Source of the DNA: an uncultured delta proteobacterium
Lineage (GTDB): Bacteria; Desulfobacterota; Desulfobacteria; Desulfobacterales; UBA2156
Assembly (NCBI GenBank): GCA_963736855.1
Contig: CAVTQK010000021.1
Coordinates: 576,001-640,000 of the forward strand
Direction of reading: 5' to 3'
Length of the DNA: 64,000 nt
Position numbers and translations under genes: made by a program. Below the pieces are notes generated by a model. That model saw only the letters and a program-made list of their open reading frames with translations. It made no database searches and was not told the origin of the DNA. Below, one piece after another: positions 60,381-64,000 of the stretch. Position 1 is the stretch's first letter. Each line of letters starts with the position of its first letter.

Positions 60381-61706
60381 CTATTTGTTGGCCTGCTCGA
60401 ATTTTTCCAACAGTCTGTTCCCCTCGGCCACGGCATCATCGAGTCCCTGCTTGGCGCTCTTCTTCCCGACAAATATGGCTTCCAGTTCGCCGTCGATAAT
60501 ATCTCGCACCTGAGCATGGTTTCCGAACCGCAGTCCCTTGGAATTTTCTGTAGGAGCATTTAGAGTCATCTGTTTCAGGGCGGTTTCCATACCGGGATTT
60601 TTCTCGTAAAAGCCTTGATTTTTCGTCAATTCATAGGCCGCCAGGGTGATGGGGAGATACCCCGTGAACTGGTGCCAATCCGCTTGAACTTCGGGTTTGG
60701 ACAGATAATTAAAGAAGGCGGCCACCCCTTTGTATTCTTCAGGTTTATGTCCGGTCATCACCCACAGGCAGGCGCCGCCGATGATGGTGTTTTGAGGAGC
60801 CCCTTTGACATCCGGCCAGTAGGGAAGCGTGCTCGTCCCGAATTCAAACTTGCTGGTGCTTTTAAAACCGGCATATCCGGCCGACGACTCCGTATACATG
60901 GCAACCTCTCCGGAAGAAAATTTTGCATTTCCAAGATTCGCCCTGCCGCCATAAACGAAGATGTTGTCCTTCTGCCATTCCGAAAGTTTCTCGACGTGCT
61001 TGACATGAAGGGGGCTGTTGAAAGCGTAACGGGCATCCATTCCCCCGAAACCGTTGGATTTGGTTCCAAGAGGGATGTTATGCCAGGCACTGAGGTTTTC
61101 CACGTGGATCCATGAGATCCAGGCAGTGGAAAACCCTGACTTGCAGACCCCGGCTTTGACGAGTTTCTTGGCGGCGTCCTCCATCTCGGGCCAGGTTTTT
61201 GGGGGTTTGTTCGGATCGAGTCCGGCCTTCTTGAACATATCAATATTATAATATAAAATCGGGGTGCTGCTGTTGAAAGGCATAGAGAGCATTTTGCCGT
61301 CCGCCGTGGTATAATATCCGGTTACCGCCGGCAAATAGGCCTTCGGATCGAAGGGCAGACCCGATTCGGCCATGACCTCATAAACCGGCTTTATGGCTCC
61401 TTTAGCAGCCATCATGGTGGCCGTGCCGACTTCGAAGACTTGCAGGACATGGGGTGGGTTCTTCGACCGGAAGGCCGCGATCCCTGCGGTCATGGTATCA
61501 GCGTAATTGCCCTTGTAAGTACCGATCACCTTATAAGCGGTCTGGGACTTATTGAAATCTTCAACGTAACCGCTGAGTTTTTCGCCGAGTTTGCCCCCTA
61601 ATGCATGCCACAAATTAATTGCGACGGGTTCGGCAAAAACTGAAAAGGGGAAGAACACCAGAACTGCGATCACCCATGCCAATTTAAATTTTTTCAAAGC
61701 GACCAT
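60381..61706 (-). CDS. ugpB: sn-glycerol-3-phosphate ABC transporter substrate-binding protein
   Basis: QVFEVGTATMM, SMPFNSSTP, APQNTIIGGA.LW, TGYLPIT; AAAGGAGG RBS before 61706. Confidence 0.95.
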   Translation of the reverse strand: MVALKKFKLAWVIAVLVFFPFSVFAEPVAINLWHALGGKLGEKLSGYVEDFNKSQTAYKVIGTYKGNYADTMTAGIAAFRSKNPPHVLQVFEVGTATMMAAKGAIKPVYEVMAESGLPFDPKAYLPAVTGYYTTADGKMLSMPFNSSTPILYYNIDMFKKAGLDPNKPPKTWPEMEDAAKKLVKAGVCKSGFSTAWISWIHVENLSAWHNIPLGTKSNGFGGMDARYAFNSPLHVKHVEKLSEWQKDNIFVYGGRANLGNAKFSSGEVAMYTESSAGYAGFKSTSKFEFGTSTLPYWPDVKGAPQNTIIGGACLWVMTGHKPEEYKGVAAFFNYLSKPEVQADWHQFTGYLPITLAAYELTKNQGFYEKNPGMETALKQMTLNAPTENSKGLRFGNHAQVRDIIDGELEAIFVGKKSAKQGLDDAVAEGNRLLEKFEQANK

Positions 61707-62327
61707 AGAGCCTCCTTTCACATTATCCATTGTTTCGTTTTCATGTTTGGAGTTTCCGGAACCTACCCGTACGGAGGTTAAAACCGTATTAAGATCAATT
61801 GAGGAAATGATTCGGTTTACCTTGGATCCAACATTTGTCTTTTAACCTGAGAAACATAAACAGGTGATTATTCCCTATCAAAAAGCGCTTTCCGGGTCAA
61901 TGAAACCTTTTTCCCCGTTTCCAGCACCTTTCTTCAGGATGTAGTTTGACGCGGGTATGTTTGGAGGCGTTTTCGCGCCACCCCGATCGGCAGCAAGACG
62001 GTGAGGAAATGGCGGTGTGCAGATACCAGATTGGAATAGTCGATCAATAATAGGAAGGCGGCCCGTTTTGAACTTTAGCTATAGCGTTGGGATCCTGGAG
62101 GGAGGATTGTTTTCGCTTAAAGCTGAATCGGGCCGCCCACATCAAACTGCCAAGAGATACGGCAAGTCTATTATCGGAATTTGCTTAACCTGTTCTTTAA
62201 AAATTAGGACTTTAAAATCATATTCGATATTATTTGTCAATATTTTCTTTAAAAGATATTCATGTTTATTTTTTTATTCTATTTAAAACCATAAATTACT
62301 ATAAATAACTTTTTTTTGAATAAATTA

Positions 62328-62519
62328 TGATGGCTTCGTAAAAAGGTTTTATGAGCGCCATCCAAGTCTTTTCGGAAAAAGAGAGGCAAAGGGTTGAGCG
62401 TTAAAAATCTCAAGCTGTTTGAGGCATTTGTGCCGAGTTCTTGAGATTTAGCGAAACCCTTTGGATCTTCCGAAAAGACTTGCGGCGTGAGAAAAATAGG
62501 CCTTTTTACGATTTCATCA
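62328..62519. repeat. MITE/REPIN-like long hairpin element
   Basis: Ends TGATGGCTTCGTAAAAAGG / CCTTTTTACGATTTCATCA; nested stems AAGTCTTTTCGGAA/TTCCGAAAAGACTT, AAAGGGTT/AACCCTTT, AAATCTCAAG/CTTGAGATTT. Confidence 0.8.
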
Positions 62520-62567
62520 ATTATGGATATCAGGTTTAATTTCCTCAAGGAAAAAGCAAAGCTTGGG

Positions 62568-63788
62568 CTATCGTGTAAGAGGATTGTCGCTTTTGGAAAT
62601 AAATGCTGAAAGAAAGCCACCGCTTGCGATCAAAAGACCCACGACGCCAAATGCGATTTCAAAAGAAGCGACCTCTCCTAGGGTGCCGATCAGAGTCGGA
62701 ATAATCCCTCCCCCGGTTAAGATTGCTATCGGAACTGTCATGGAAATAACCACGTTCCGGAGATCCGGGGGGCTATTCAGAGAAAGCACCGCAAAACCCG
62801 CGGGGAAAAAGCATACCGCGATGACGGGTTGTAGAAAAATCAGCAAAACCATGTAAGAGCAGGGTGCCAGACCGATGAGCATCGTTGTTGCTCCGCTGAG
62901 AATAAAGACCGTAATCATAATGCGTTTTGGCCCCAGCCGGTCCGTCAGCCACCCGCCCCAAAATACCACAACAGCGCCGGCGATCCGGGACATAGAAACC
63001 AACAAGTTCGCCGCGCTTCTTTCGAAACCATGGGAGCTGACTAGAAAAACCGGAAGCATTGCAAAAAGCCCCATGGTACCGCTGATGCCGAGCCCGAAAA
63101 GCAAAACCATCAGCCAAAAAGAGGGTTTCGAGAGGATCGTCTTAAGAGAAGAAAAGTTCGGGGGGTTGCCACAAAAATCACCGCCGCGGCCGAATTTCAA
63201 AAAGAGGCCCATCTGCACCAGAGACGTCAGGCCTAAAATAAAAAAAACTCCCCGCCACGAAAAGTACCTCATCACGGCTTCAGAAATAAAAGGGGCGGCT
63301 ACAAAGCCGATATTGGGGGCCAATTCATGGATGGCAATCGCCTTTCCCCAATGTCGGCTATGGAATGTGGAAGTTATCATCACGATGGCGGAAGGAAGGT
63401 AAAGCCCTGCTCCCAACCCGATAAAAAACAGGGCGATGCGGGTCCCGTCAAAACCCAAGCTTATGGAAGTTCCGATAAGGGCTACACCTACCGCGCTCCC
63501 GGAGACCAAAACAGTCTGCCGGTGGGAAAACCTCGCCGAAAAAAAGCTCGAACCTAGAAGTGAAACAAAGTATCCTGAAGAAATGAACAAGAAAAGGGAG
63601 CCGGCCTGGGAATGGCTTATGTCCAAGTCTGCTTCGACGTCCGGAAGCAGGGGGGACAGAACAATTCTGGCCATGAAATTGATAAAAAAAATCGAGGTCA
63701 GCAGGAATAGAAAACCGATGCGCGCATAAAAACGTTCAGACGGCTCGTCTTGTGCAACATTTATGGAATCTTTTCTATGCATCGGCAA
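62568..63788 (-). CDS. MFS transporter
   Basis: About 12 hydrophobic segments; GWLTDRLGPK motif. Confidence 0.88.
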   Translation of the reverse strand: MPMHRKDSINVAQDEPSERFYARIGFLFLLTSIFFINFMARIVLSPLLPDVEADLDISHSQAGSLFLFISSGYFVSLLGSSFFSARFSHRQTVLVSGSAVGVALIGTSISLGFDGTRIALFFIGLGAGLYLPSAIVMITSTFHSRHWGKAIAIHELAPNIGFVAAPFISEAVMRYFSWRGVFFILGLTSLVQMGLFLKFGRGGDFCGNPPNFSSLKTILSKPSFWLMVLLFGLGISGTMGLFAMLPVFLVSSHGFERSAANLLVSMSRIAGAVVVFWGGWLTDRLGPKRIMITVFILSGATTMLIGLAPCSYMVLLIFLQPVIAVCFFPAGFAVLSLNSPPDLRNVVISMTVPIAILTGGGIIPTLIGTLGEVASFEIAFGVVGLLIASGGFLSAFISKSDNPLTR

Positions 63789-63890
63789 TCAATCTATTTT
63801 CCTTGCCGATCCCGTTTTCGATCACCTGGATCGGATTCACTATTGATGTTCGAAGTGAATGGCCGGGAAAGGTGCCCGACGTGCCACGGG

Positions 63891-64000
63891 TCAGTCAGCG
63901 GGTGGAATCAGCAGTGTCGGAAAAATCGATTTGACCGCCAGTGCCATAGGAATGGTGCCGATGAGTCGTTCCTTCCAGGAGGCTTGGGTCGAAGATCCCA
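63891..64000 (-). CDS. Universal stress protein, C-terminus (partial; not in ORF track)
   Basis: GSSTQASWKERLIGTIPMALAVKSIFPTLLIPPAD* fits the USP C-terminal pattern. Confidence 0.7.
   Translation of the reverse strand, partial: GSSTQASWKERLIGTIPMALAVKSIFPTLLIPPAD

Overview
This is a bacterial chromosomal window. Its gene repertoire (hdrCB, RsmG-TrmH fusion, Pat-type acetyltransferase, oadGB, TAXI-TRAP, Cys-rich sensor tail) suggests an anaerobic Desulfobacterota/deltaproteobacterium; that assignment is inference. In order, it holds: the 3' end of ftsH; a sigma54-type cluster of small membrane/BON proteins; ygiQ; a phoU(fusion)-pstSCAB1B2 operon; a mntA-hepT toxin-antitoxin pair; a lexA-DUF72-imuB-dnaE2 mutagenesis cassette; htpX followed by two dynamin-like GTPases; a GAF protein with a long structured leader; PBP1B with a TPR lipoprotein; zwf-pgl and housekeeping genes; a rearranged 39.5-45 kb zone; RNA-modification genes and ettA; oadGB; a TAXI-TRAP/decarboxylating dehydrogenase/FGGY kinase operon; ugpBAEC; an MFS transporter; and the end of a universal stress protein. 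In the 39.5-45 kb zone, hdrCB sits between duplicated IS91-like fragments, inside split group II intron remnants, inside a duplicated chromosomal segment. The most notable signals are the ImuA-less, DUF72-containing SOS cassette with an unusual repeat operator, a recurring ATCA/TGAT tetranucleotide at rearrangement breakpoints and at the ends of REPIN/MITE-like hairpins, a PhoU-pseudophosphatase fusion with an asymmetric PstB pair, and the tandem dynamin-like GTPases. All family assignments come from motif recognition by eye; no database searches were run.
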